Shown: positions 39,431-53,455 of the stretch, in pieces
Numbering within the stretch: the first letter of the stretch is position 1
Layout of the letters: the number at the start of each line of letters is the position of its first letter
Source of the DNA: Ruditapes philippinarum
Lineage: Eukaryota
Reading direction: 5' to 3'
NCBI RefSeq assembly: GCF_026571515.1
Contig: NW_026854272.1
Span: 124,001 to 188,000, forward strand
Length of the DNA: 64,000 nucleotides
Made by a program: the position numbers and the translations under genes
Notes under the pieces: generated by a model
The model's database searches: none
Seen by the model: the letters and a program-made list of their open reading frames with translations, nothing else
Told to the model about the DNA's origin: nothing

Positions 39431-42329
39431 AAAAAACCATCAAAAATATTTACCCATTATTTAAATATGATATCAGACCGTTTTTGTCTCTTGATAAAGT
39501 ACAGGTTGATTCAAAGTACAGATAATAAACAACAAACACAATAATATAATAATTAATCAGATATGGCAAAATACATTTTTCTTGTCAAAATTATCTAAGG
39601 TACATTTAGTAAATGCATAAAAACTGCAACATTTGATATTTCACTAGATTTTGAATATAAAAAATATCTCACCATCTGAAATGATAAACTCATCTTGTTT
39701 AATAATTCCCAGCTTGTATTTATATAGAAGTTAACAACTAATACATAAAACAGTTTTAACTTAAAGAAGCACACTATTATATTGTGACAATAATTTGTTT
39801 CATTTTAAAACTGACACTGTTTTTAAAGTACCAGGTTATTACGCCATGAAATTGCCATTTCACGGTACACAGTTGGAATAATTTACCAAACGTCAACATC
39901 AGTATCGTAAAAAATACCTACTTATGTGATATCTGAAGCATAATCTGTCGTTTTAACTCACTTTTTTGTATTAATACGCCTTGTTAAATGATCTACGCTG
40001 TTTTGCACGTAGAAAACGATATAAACGTTAATTTTTGAATTTATGTAAAAGCGTACCAGAGCAGTAAACTGTATCATCATTAAGTCTAAAATTTTGAAAA
40101 TTAATCGGGCCTAATCTTAAATAGATCTCGCGAAGAGTAACAAATTCATCTTCCTTCAAAAAAGGATATACAAAATGTCTCATCTTTATCCGTCAAAATG
40201 TTCCCGAGATATTATTCATTTTGACGCAAATAATACATTATATACTGATATCCTCTTTGCATAATAACTGTTAGCGTTAAATAACTTTACTGTAACGATA
40301 CACTTCAATCCAACAAGAAAATCGTATTAAGTCCAAATATGCAAATGTAAGTAAACAGTGCCGTTTACAGCGTCATCTCTCATTTACTATGTCTATAGCT
40401 TCCCACTGAGATGTTCCCGTTACAGGTTGATTTTTTTTTAATATATATAATACCCTGACACAGACAGCGATGTTGCTAGAATATTAATTAATATCGGAAT
40501 AAAAACATCGTCGCATCTATACCTCAATACAACCATATTTGAATCCCTTCAATGCAGTAAATTCATTCACTTTATTCTGCTTAAAGACTGAAAATCGTTC
40601 AACACAGTGGCATCTTAATTAACAATGGAATAAATTAATATATCAGACATTGATTTTTACTACTCAAAACAATACATACATTGTATATTAATTAAAGGAC
40701 AAACAGCAACATAAAAACCTGTTACAAGTTTCTCAACATTTTGTTGATATTTAAGCCAATGAATGGCCTTTTGGCAGGAAAAGGATGTATAATTTGTACG
40801 ACATTTTAACAATTTAGTTTATCCCATTAAAGGACTAAAAGATGTTATACAGAACATCAGCAATCTGGTAAAACTGTTAACTTCAAAAAGTGAACAGCAC
40901 TATTGACCTAAATTAACCATTTCCCTACTTCACATACTGAGTATCTGTGCAACACATTTGCAGTTACCTTAAATTTTCTTTTGTCTTAAAGATAATAGTA
41001 CAACTATATAGATTAAAGCAGCACTTAAAATTGAACGCTTTTCAAAACGTGGATAAGATAATCTACTTGTGACCATAAATAGAACAATATACATGTAACA
41101 AAAGATTGATATTTGATTCAAAATAAGCCCGAAAGAAGATATTAATATAATTATCCAGTCATACTAAAACAATTCATTCATTAACCGATCAAGTCGAGAA
41201 TGCTGTAACTTGCTCTTTAAATACATTGAGTACCCGTCATTATTGCGTTGAATTCTAAATCTATATCAAATGACAAAAAGTACATTTTAGGTATATTACG
41301 AGACTGCTTACATTGTTTATCATTTTGTTATGAAAAAATATAAAAAATTTTTCTTTACATAATTATTTTACATTCATATTGGTACATATATATCATTTCG
41401 TAAGGTAGGTAATGTATAAAAGGCCAACTCCGCTTGCCAAACAACATTACAAAGTTCAGAGATCTTTCATATATGGTAATGGGAAATGACAAAATCTAAA
41501 AAGCTTGTCATCTTTCAAATTCACCTTTGTTTTTTTCGTAGCATCGCTTTTTTTTGACAGCCTGTTCAGAAGTATAACATATATAAACAACTTTAATCTT
41601 TGTTAAAACTGACAGTTATGGTCCGATATGAAATTTTTATTTTGTATAAATTTTGAATTATAAATCTAAAACTTGGACAAGCATACATGTTTTAAAGACC
41701 ATCTACAGTATATATGACAATCTGCTAAACAGACCAAGGCTGAGATATTTCAAATGATTTTTTGTTGCGTTTGTTTTTTTGCATTAATGTGAAATATGAA
41801 ACTTATAGACATTTAAAAGTCGCGGTAAAGGTCGTATCAAGGTCACATTGAAAACTTCTTTTATCTAAGATACATTTCTATCTTAAAACTTATGTGGGTA
41901 CTTGATCTCCAAAAGAGCAAAGAGAGAAAAACAAAAACAAAACAAAAACCACACAAAAACAAAAATGAACGTTTAACTTGCAGTCAAACTGAAAACGTTC
42001 CCTTTTCATGCATTAGGAACTTAAAACCTTTTAAGTTTCTAGAAATGATTCAGTCTAATAATATTATAGAAACATTCATGATTTTTGTCTTTTATAAGAA
42101 TAATTATGCACACATATACAATCATGTATAAACAATTTATAGTGTAAAACAACCAATTCCAAGGGGGACAATCCACATATAATTGGTAAAATATCAACAT
42201 TAATGTGTTTTGACATTTTAATTATGCTACATTATGTAAACTATTACAAGATTCTATGACTTGATTTGATCTGAATAACCCTTATTTGTTGGTGGCAACT
42301 TAATTTACTCATGCCACCAGAGTAGGCAC

Positions 42330-42418
42330 AAAGTCCCTGTTGGGATTCGAACTTGCACAGCGCTGAGAGGCTAGTGGTTTAAGGTCAATGACCCTTAACC
42401 ACTCGGCCATGGACACCC
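42330..42418 (-). mobile_element. 5' (tRNA head) fragment of the V-like SINE
   Basis: aaagtccctgttgggattcgaac...ccttaaccactcggccatggacacc matches 19958-20048. Confidence 0.75.
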
Positions 42419-45400
42419 TTTCATCAATATCAAGACACAAGTAAAAGCAACTATAGAACTATTAAACATACCATGTAACAATCTTCATCATGTTTTAAAA
42501 AGTAAAAATATGCACATTTGAAAGGATTGACACAGGTTTCCCCCCTCCTAGTCAGTAATCTGTATTTTATAGTTTCCACTGAGTTTATGAGAATTCTCAC
42601 AGAAGAGAGAAACACATAAAACTGGTAAAAAATAAACATTTTTATTGAATGGATTACAGAAACTTTAGAAAAGAAACTTTGTTTTCCTTAAACACCAGTT
42701 TCAGGTTTTATAGCCTATGCACCTGTCTCACTCAATTTACTTAGCCAATTTAATGTTTGATTTAAAACTTTCAGCATTTTTTTTATTTTGTTTTTTACAT
42801 CAATTTGATACTAAAATTGTCCTCCTTTCTTTTCAAATTTTCAAATCTTTGAGGTCTTTTACATTAAAGTAAACAGAATTTAAGGAAGAAATTGCCCAAT
42901 ATTATTAAAAGTTAATATTCATAAGTGTTTTTTTTTACCTCCGTAGGTGAATTTAGTTTTCTACATACATACTTAAGTAAGTGTACTGAATGAATCACTT
43001 TACAACTGAAAAATTATGATATATTTAAATGCAACAAAAATAATAAAAAAACATTTATTAAAGCATCAAGCCCCCAGATTTCTGTTTATTTGTATAAAAA
43101 TTTCTGATTTTAAATGTTGAATATATCAAGTTATTTTTTGACATAGCTTATAAACAGAAATTACCTGCAATTTGTCAAATATGCAAAATTTCTTTTACTA
43201 AGTAAGACAAGATCGAGGCAGAATTTTGGTAATATTAAACAATAAATTAGTAGTAAGTCATATTTTGCATAATTATATTCACTGTTTCACCTGAGCAATA
43301 TTTAAGTTCAGTCTGGAATTTGAATATTTAAATATTTCATATATAAACATATAATATATAAATATCTTTTTTTTTTTCATGTTTGATTTTTTTCTAAATT
43401 TATATTTTTTTTGAGGCATGCTACTTTAATGTCTGCTCTGGAGTAACCATTTGCAAAATTTTTTTTTTTACAAAAACGTGATTTTACGGATAAATTTCAT
43501 AAAGAGTAATTTCGAGAAAACAAATTGTTCAAAATTATTTCATTATCATTTCATAGATATACTGGGTTTGAATATCATAAAATAAAGAAAGAAAAGTGTA
43601 ATGATACTCAGTGACATATAATACAGTGGAGAAAAAAAACAACAAAAAACTTCCTACTAAATTATATGTTACAAAATTCAGTATGAAAATTTTAATAAAT
43701 TTTTTTAAATACAATTTTCAATCATTCATTATATATTAAGGATCATTATGTTGCAATTGCAACTATAAGAAACAACTCCCTATTGTCATAAGAAATAACA
43801 TTATTTTGCAAAAAAATGTGATGCATTAAATAACTTAAAATACTAAAACTGTAAATAAAAGTTTTACCTATTTAATGTTTTTATTAATATCCATTCAATA
43901 CTAAATCCACATTTTCATCAAAAAGAGGAAAATTCACAAATCTGTCCAGAAAAATAATTTTTATAATCTGTTTGCGATCATATATAATGTTAAATTCTGA
44001 TGAAAAAAGAGGGGACGTGAAGCAATTTTTGTCCAGTAAGTGGCGGAAATATCACATGATATAAACAAGCATATTGTAAAACCATACAAATCCATTTACG
44101 TTTCGAGCCTTATCACAACTGTAATATCCAATTTACATTAATTATCACGACAATATGATTTGTATAGTAAACTTCACTAGAAATCTTATAAACTTTCAAT
44201 ACCGCGATCTACCTAACACAACGAGCAATGCACCCGTGACTTTAAACCAACTTTACGATTGGTCGGTTTGGTTACTGAAGACGTTTTTATACCAATGGCA
44301 ATTTTTTTTTATCTGATGAACTCCGGTACATTTTAACATCCCCATCCCCGAGTTGAATACCTTTATGATTTTTGATACTCTTAAATGTATGACAGCTCTC
44401 TTAATGTGTTTAAGACGTTAGTGTCGCTTTGATCAAAACAGATTAGTGATTTATTTAAAATCTGTTTTTCAGGAGCTGCGTTATAATCAATAATGTAAAT
44501 AGATTTGATACTACACCAACCATACACTGAATTATCCGCACTGAAATCGTGAAAAGCTGTTACGAAAATATCATTAAAACATGAATAGCGTGTAGTTTAT
44601 TATATATAATGCATTCACTTTTCAATATTTTGAAGCCTTTCATGGCAGTTTATTAATATGTAAATAAATTTCCTTTTAAGACATGTGGCTACAAATTTAA
44701 CACCATAAAGCGAGATTGTTATTCTCATATTTATTAAGCTAATGTGGTTTTGGTTTCCTGTTATTGCAAGACGAAAAAAAATCAACTCCTCCCGTACGTT
44801 TTTCCATTCAAGAGAGAGTTTATGTAAAAACAACCATTTTTAACAATTTTTCTTTTTTTGTGATCAAAATTTTTTTATTTGGAACAGATATTTTGAATTC
44901 ATTCTTAAAAAAAATTAAATAAAGTTGTTACTTACTTACTTACTTATTTACTAATACATGATTTAAATAGCAAAACTAAAATTCTAAAGCCTGGATACAA
45001 CCTCGACACGGAGAGTAACTGGGAACCATTATCTGTTACCCGTTGGCATCATTGTTTGTCAGCGTGTTTACGGATTACAGATAAGATTTGTGCGAAACTT
45101 GCAAACATATAATCATGACATAAGTGAACAGATAGAAATTTTGAAAAAAATCGTACGAAGTTTCACAGAAACTTTAAAACCGTATAATTTATTATTATAA
45201 AAACCGTACAATTTCGTCACAGCAATCAGTACATCGTCACGACAGTTAGGCTTCTTTTCAATTTATATTCTAATTTTCATATGATGCAGAAAATGATTTG
45301 CAGTTCTCTTTCATAAACTGTGCAAAAATAAATCCTTTAATTGAACGTTGCTTTCTTTACCTACTGAATATAACGTGTCGATCATCTCTTCACATATCAA

Positions 45401-45663
45401 AAGCTTGATTTAAGATATCATTTCTAGTAGACTGTAACGGTCCTAATAAACAAGGATAAAAACATAACGTAACATCATTTTTAACTAAGCTGAAGTATTT
45501 TTTTCTATCAATTTTCTCTCCTCTGTGAAATTCACACTGTTATAAACGTGTTCTTTAAGAAATTATGATATTCAAATTAAATAATTATTTGACACTTTCC
45601 CTGTACATTCAAAGCAAGATAAGTGCACGACAGGAATTCAGTAAAGCTAAAGTTAAATAAGAA

Positions 45664-45770
45664 TGATTGTGGGTTTCTAACCTGAATGACCAAAGGGTTA
45701 CAAGTCTTCGTTTTCTGATTGTGGGTTTCTAACCTGTATGACCAGAGGGTTAAAAGACTTTGCCTTCGTA
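45664..45770. repeat. 52-bp tandem duplication
   Basis: tgattgtgggtttctaacctg(a/t)atgacca(a/g)agggtta at 45664 and 45716. Confidence 0.9.
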
Positions 45771-48700
45771 TTGTTTCATCGGACACTTCATTTGAAAATT
45801 CAGCCTTACAGTAAATGTCATACTTATAAACAACATACTCAGGAGCCTCCTATCCTATATGTCATACTTAACCATTTCAAAATAAAATGTATCAATTTCA
45901 ACATAAATATTTTTCCAAAAACAACTCTAACCTTAGTTATTTACAAAAATAACAAAAACATTTCAAATGATGAAGAGTTATGAACAGTTATCAAACATGA
46001 TTTAATCATTTACCACCTTGACCATTGGCCTTGCTTTAACCACTGACCAATCTCACATAACCAAATATTATTTCCACTTGACCTATTAAGCTCATTAAAC
46101 ATGATGACTGGACTGAGATTTTCAATTTTAAGGAAATTGTAGATTAGTATGACAAATAAAGTGTATCAAAGTGCCAAAAAGTTAATGAGACCCTGCCCCT
46201 CCCTGCGAGCTTTGAGTTTTATTCTGTCAGAGACTTTTAATTCTTCCATGACAAGATACTATCCAGCTACATGTAGCTTATGGAAGCTTAATGGGTTCTT
46301 CTTTTAAGATGTCAACTCATTCTTGAAATAAAGAAAAAAGTCTTCTTCCACCTGTAAGTTTTGGAGGTTGCCATATTCTCCCTTTTACTGCTGACGTGAA
46401 TCAAAACTCAACAATTCTTGAAAAGTAAGAAGGAAATAAATACAACATGCACACCAATGCTGGCTGAGGTTTTTTTTTACTCTTATTATTCTCTTTAAAA
46501 AAAGAAATAAAAAAATAATAAGGCAGATCAAACCAGTAGCTAACCAGAATATAACCTTAAATTTCAAAATCTTTTATCCAAATATTCAAATAGGTTAACC
46601 ACTTGTTTATTCAATTAAAGCTCTTGATTTATACATAGAGTGCAAGCTGGACAGAATTTGATTTAAATATTTATATTATGGATTTATTAAAGTGCCGCAC
46701 TTGTCAGCTACTTTTCCTTATTTTGGCAGAGAAGTTTATAAACTGTCTGTTAATTGACTACGTGACTATCAAACCAGTTAATATTAAAGTAATGGGACAT
46801 GGAATTAAAGAAAAAGCTATTTTAATACCAATTTGCAAGCATTTTGAAACAGTATGGCATTCTAAACATCAGCTCAAAAAAGAATTTAAGATTTTTCTAA
46901 CATACATGTCTTGACTTTTTTTAAAAAAAGGTTGTATTCCTAATTAACATAAAAATGTAAGATAAATTATGATACTAAATTTTCAATGCTAAAAGAAAAA
47001 TAAAGATGGAGATGATATTAAAAAATCATTAAAAGTTGCTAAAATGTAGATGTCAAGTTAACAGAAGCACTGACATACGCACAGATTATAATATTATAAT
47101 TTTTCACTATCTTCATCTGATAATATTTTTTTGTTAATCATGTGTCAACTTTCATGTTTCTATCCTATACCTTAACTGTCATAATTTCATCAACATCAGA
47201 AAATTTATTCATTGACTTTGCCTCATTTACATGCAATATTGAAAAAAAGGACAATGCTACTCGTCTTCAATATTGTTCCATGATTTACATATTGATCAAT
47301 AGTAAACATGTCAAAAAACATTCATCCTGGTTGGTTCTGATATTTAATATATGTGAACAATTAATACACATTCACCTTGTCCTTTGTAAAAAAAATCTTT
47401 AAAAAAGAAGAAAAAAGGAGGGAAAAACATATTCCCCAAAAAACAACAGGATATAGGAAAAACATCGGGCTCAATTTTGTGTCTCTTGATTAAATATGTT
47501 GATAACTTTATGATTTCATTACTAATACCATCACTAATATCTTTAATGTATTATGTCTAGAAACAAAAGCCATCTTCAAAGACAAAATATACAATAACGA
47601 TAAGTATCCAATATAAAAATATGGTGCCCATGGTAACCCATACTGTAAAATAATACAAAACTATAAAAAGATGCGGGTGTTTGTCACGCTACTGATGTGA
47701 CCTCATCATTAAGGCGATTCTGACCCCCGTATGATACTGCATTAGATGGAGGTGATAAATGTACACGCGAAACTAAAATACCAACAAGTTTTGTGTTTTT
47801 TTCCCATTGTTTGACAATGAGACGATAATGAAAGCTTCTCATCATATAATGATACTATACATGACATGGCTTAGAAAATAATTGTGTAATCGTAACAGTT
47901 GCATTTTAGCTTATAAAACTGACTGCAGTCAATCAAACATAACTCATTGTCAAACAACAATAGTACTTACAACAACTGCTGAAACAGCAACAAGAATAGA
48001 ATGCAAGCAACAAGAACAAACGCGGCTAATACAACAACAAAAACAACAGCAGCAACATCAACAACAACCATATCTCATTAAACTCGTCATTTACACTTTA
48101 TTTTTTCCCCCTCTTTTTCTGCATTAAAATTTTAAAATACCATACACAATTATATATACAGGATTGCATGATAAAACCATATAAAATTGACATAGAAAAA
48201 AATATCATTTTTGAAATTTTTCAGCACTTATAATATCACTTATATATGAGTAATACAAAATTCTACAAACCGATATTAAAACATATTTCACTGAGCCAAA
48301 CAACATATATTGGTATTCGTCTTAAGTCCTTTTTTTAACATCCAACTTTATATAAAAAAAACACCTTCAAATTGTTATTTTAAATGAAAGAAAAAAAGAA
48401 ACTGCGGATTGGAAATACAGGAAGATTCTACCATATACTGGTAATATAAAAACATAAAGATTTTGACATGTTTGCTGGCAATTCCCTGTTATGGAGTTTG
48501 TCAAAGGATTAGTTTCATCAGAGGTCCCTTTCATAAATTAATCCGTTTATCTGCCTGCTTTGACACCTTATTATCATCAGTATCAGTTAAAACCATTAAA
48601 GACAAATAGAAACAAATCCCCACTATAATCCCTCTAATATGACATTAAAGGATTCAGATGTTTAAAAGCTTTATATATACATAGATATAGCATACAATGT

Positions 48701-49678
48701 AGCATCTGTGATGAATAAGTTAAAACCAGTGTCAATATTTGATGTTTCTTTGACTTTTTGATGTCACTAATTGACATGAACATCTTTTCTGGTGTTTTTT
48801 TGTTGTTGTTTTTTTTCCTCTCTGTTGTTTTTGTTTTTTTTTAAAGGAAGAAAGAAAACAACAAACAGAACAAAACAATCAAAGTTAATTTTCAAATCAA
48901 TTGTTACTACAAATCATATATACAGAAGATACATTATCAAATTTTGCAAATGCATCATTAATCTATAAAATAAATTTTGCATAAAAAAGGTATTAAAATA
49001 TAAAACTAAACAGCTATCTTTAAGGGTGGTCCATTTAAGGGGTAAATGATATTAAGCAGAATATGCACATGTTCAGGTATATTACATGAAATGCAATCCT
49101 ATTTTAAACTGCTTGTTTCATATTAAATTAGTCATGCTGGTTTTAAACAATTTGAAAAAATTATCAAATTTGCACTTGCCTTATTTGTATATCAGGATAT
49201 ATCCAAATTTATAAAGTAGCATTTATTAATTCCTTCCTTATGTTAAAGATATGACTCTCTTATTCAGATACATCAACAAATCTGCAGAATTGATCTTCTA
49301 TTTTGTGTCATTCATTGATTCATAAAATAATCAATATAAAATCTAACACTTAATCACCCAAATAATACCAACAAATCTTAAAAATATGTCAACAAGTCCC
49401 AAACAGAGACAGGTCTTTGATGAAAAGAAACAAATAAATTTGAAGAAAGTAAAGCGATAGCTTGTTAACAACAGTTATATCACATTGTTTATTTGTGTCA
49501 CAAACAAGCCTTGGGTTTTATTTAAAAAGACGTTTAAAAAAAAATCTGTCAGCGAAAAGTCAAAACCTATGATAAACACCATATGATATAGACGCCATTC
49601 TTATCCAACCTTTACCTATGTTTTTGTTGTCCTTAAAATACGCACTGTCGGTCTTCCGAGTTTATAAAGAAATTAGCA

Positions 49679-49700
49679 GAAGGCATGCTGGGATAAAGTC
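49679..49700 (-). promoter_or_regulatory. ZNF143/Staf-like site
   Basis: Minus strand GACTTTATCCCAGCATGCCTTC resembles the ACTAnnnnCCCAGCATGC consensus, in a CpG-richer patch. Confidence 0.3.
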
Positions 49701-52614
49701 CCGCAAGTAAGTTTTAGCGGGCTTTAGCGGGTTTTGAGTCACAATACCCTCACCCCTTGACTGCGATTTTATCAGATTAATACAATAATGGTAGAACAGC
49801 GAAATGTCAACACCAATTTACATTGGATTTCTTAAACACTGAAAAACAGTGAAAGGATTTCAATGACGAATCAAAGATGGTTATCAGTAAAAAGTTTAAT
49901 AAAAAAAAGGAAAGTTTGAACTATTTTAAGTAGATCATTATTACTGGTCAGCTTCTCTGATCTTTATATTGTAAGGGTTCTTTTACACAATTTTATTTCT
50001 TCGTCCTTTGTCCCTTTGCTTGTATAATAGCTATAAAATATAAGGCCAAAAATAAATACAACCTTTAAACTCCGCCTTTTTCTTGATATTTTTAACCATA
50101 TTGTACTACATTAAAGTGGATTGGTCTACAATAGGCACACTTTCCATAAGTATTTCAAGAATTGATAAAAACAATAGAAATGTATCTTTTGAATATTCTT
50201 ATAAAATATTGCTTGAAAAAAAAATGTTGATAAAGTTCTAAGTGATTTTTTATTAACATTTATATAATGAATAATAATATTTTGTTCTAGAAAATTGTAT
50301 TATCTGCTATGTTAAAGATATGTAATATCGGATCATGTATCTCACACTTGCCATTAACATCACTATATAATTCTTTTGTGGTTTGTTTTTATTTCTGATA
50401 CTAAATACTATCCTTGTTATAGTTTATTGAATTACAAACCAATTCACTTTAATATATAAACCCAACTAAATACTTTCAAGGTATAACATATTTACTTGTT
50501 TTTTATATTATGAGATTCACAGGCTTTTTTAAATACATACAAACTGAGTTAGTTAACAAATACAGAAAAATATCATGTATAAAAGGATAAAACACATTTG
50601 TCTAATAATTTTTAAGAATATATAAAAGAGTGAAAGTTTGATAAGTACATATAAATTCCATATTCTCTGTTAAGCTATATTCCTTTTTTTATCAACTTAA
50701 AAAATGTTCAATGTTAAAATGCAAGAGAAAGCATCTCATAAATATTTCTTGAATCTCAAGTCAAAATATTTATTAGCATAAACAGTATATGCATTTTTCT
50801 CTAACACATATGAGGGTCATCCTAATATCAACTAAGTAAAAAAGAAAAAAGAAACAAACAAAAACAAAAAAACACACCCAACTAATATAAATATTTATCA
50901 ACAACAAAAACAATACCATATAATCCACAATGCATCCAGTTTTTCTACAGACTCCTTTTACAAAATTACAAGTCACTTAAAATGAACATCTTAGTCAATT
51001 TCTGTATACTTCTAATTCATTTACTAACTGCAACACTCTTTTAAAAATCCGTCAACAATATTAAAAATGACCTCTGCCGTTACGAAGATTAAATGTCAAA
51101 AACACTTTATAGCAATATGACATAAAAAATATGACATTTGAATACACTTAATCCTGAGTAAAACCCCAATAACCCTGCTGGTGTGAAGGCCGTTACCTAC
51201 TAGTCTGTTCCCTACTGAGATCCAATAATAACTAAAATACCAGACCCCACTTGACCTCTTGCACTTTCCATTGTAAAATATTTCTAGTTATTCAACAATA
51301 CACAATAATTCATTTATCTTTTACTATCTTGTCCACTTTTCACTCTTTTCCAGTAAGCCTGTCATTTTGTTGTCATTTTTTTTTCTGCAGGAGAATGTAA
51401 CATAGAGATCAGAATCAGTGCCGAACTTCACGGGTCTCTTCAAAAGGGAGGTAACACTTAATTTCTACCCAATTGTCATGGCAACAATTTGTGATTTACA
51501 GGCTTAGCACTTCACAGACAGTTTAATAAAAAGGTATTTTCATCTTACTGTGTAAAAGTCACACCATCTCTTATCTATTTCTTTTCATCTACCTTATTTA
51601 ATAATAGAATTTCAGAAAATTTACCTGACCAAAACAAAATGTAATACAATTAAAGTAATTTTCTGTAATTCAATTTATGTACATATTTAGTACATTTTCC
51701 CCCAAGGGTTAATTTTCTCATTCAATAACCATTGATTTTCTTAACCTTTTTTTGTAAAAAGATTATATCTTTATAACAGTTAAAAAAGGTTTTCAATTTC
51801 ATTTAATGAAAATGCTTGGTCTTTCTATTTGAACCAATAAACAATATAAAATAAATTGTGTACGCAAATATTTAAAATATGAAAATAATACTATAAAATT
51901 TTTAAGATAGAATGCACCGTGTTTGCAAGGAACTTATGAAGAAGTACCAATAGTTGGATTTTGAATTTCTATAATGACTGGAACAGTTTTTCTTGATTAA
52001 TGCGAGGCCCAGACCCTTGTATTTCGTATTGTTAAATATCATACTTAATTGTCACATATTATGTATTTGTATGTTGTCCTCATGGGCTTATGAACCTGAT
52101 GAATTTTAAATAAATAATGTATAAATCATTACTAAATAATGAATGAAAATTTATAAGCTAATCTTTCTTTAATACAATTTAATAAAAATGGAGAAAAACA
52201 ATTGTTCAACAATCTTTGTAGTAATTTACAAGAATGCAAAAAAATGCTTAAAGCTGCATGCCACCAGATGAACCAAAAAATATTTCTTGAGAAAAAAATA
52301 TTGAATTTGATATTTTAAGAAAAATAAAAAGATTCAAGATTAAAGTAATAATTTCCATGTTATGTGTGATTTATGACCAATTTTGAAGTATTTTTTAAAC
52401 GTATTTCTACTGCATAACTAACACAGTGAGGGCTATCTTTGCATATTTAATTTTTACCTCTCTTTTTTTTTTGTAATTTACCTGGGTTGCTAGTGCTGTT
52501 TGCAATGTGAAAATTATTGTCTTTGTTAAGTTCACAATATTTTACTTTGCAATACATTTACAAATTTTTCATAAAAATAAATATGAATCCGGATGTGTCC
52601 TTGCTTTAAAATGG

Positions 52615-52672
52615 GAAACGGACAAAAGCCCTCCCGTCCAAAAATGACAAGGCGGACAAAAGCCCTCCCGTA
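52615..52672. mobile_element. Solo terminus of a MULE/foldback-like element related to 55292-56148
   Basis: cggacaaaagccctcccgt occurs twice, 36 bp apart, the same motif class as cggacaattcccctcccg; no matching opposite end seen. Confidence 0.55.
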
Positions 52673-53261
52673 AAATGGATTGGTTAAAATAGTGAATTTA
52701 TTAAATTTCAAATATTCAACGCAATATTAAAGTCACATAACAGGCACAGCAAAGAGATGGTCATCTCTTGACCAGAGGCCATATTACTGTCCATTATTGG
52801 ACAATGGTAGACAATAATGTATACATCAAAGGCGTGAAGGTGTGCGATTTTCAAATAACTATTGATCACTTTGTTTGTTTCTCATTATAAAGTCACAACA
52901 GCTAGAGCAACATTGAACTATCTGATTTATTTACCAACATAATGGTGTTGAAAATCTTGATAAACTGTCAAAAACACACATTTCTTAATTAACTTGTAAT
53001 AACATTGTCTGGTATCAAGTTATTAAATCCTTCAGCTTTTTACATCTACAATAATATTTAGATTTCTTCTTTTCTTAACTGTTAGCCCTACTAGCTGCAA
53101 ATAATTCTGCCCATTTCTATCAGTGCAGACCAAAATCAGCCGGCACATCTGAGCATGGTCTGCACTGTTCGCTAATTAGTCAATACATTGTACTAATAAA
53201 AGATTTTGTGAGACTTTTCCATACAAACAATGAATGGAGTCCAAAGATGTCCTGGCTAATA

Positions 53262-53455
53262 TAGGGCTTCCATTAGTGGAAGTTTGGGGGTCATTTACTC
53301 CTTGATTCTGGGCTGCCACATCCAAAATGTAATGCTTTTCTTTTTTTTATCTTTTATAATGATTATGTGACTTCCAGTGTGAGACATTTTGCAGTCTGAC
53401 TTCCAAATTTTGGAATCTTTGACTTCAAAATTTTGGAACTCTAATGGAAGCCCTG
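53262..53455. mobile_element. hAT-like MITE, ~194 bp
   Basis: Perfect 14-bp inverted repeat AGGGCTTCCATTAG / CTAATGGAAGCCCT with (C/T)AGGG...CCCTG ends; TSD is eroded. Confidence 0.65.

Noticed and set aside
47882-48127. Poly-Q ORF
   Set aside because: Degenerate (CAA)n repeat with no convincing splice or start context.
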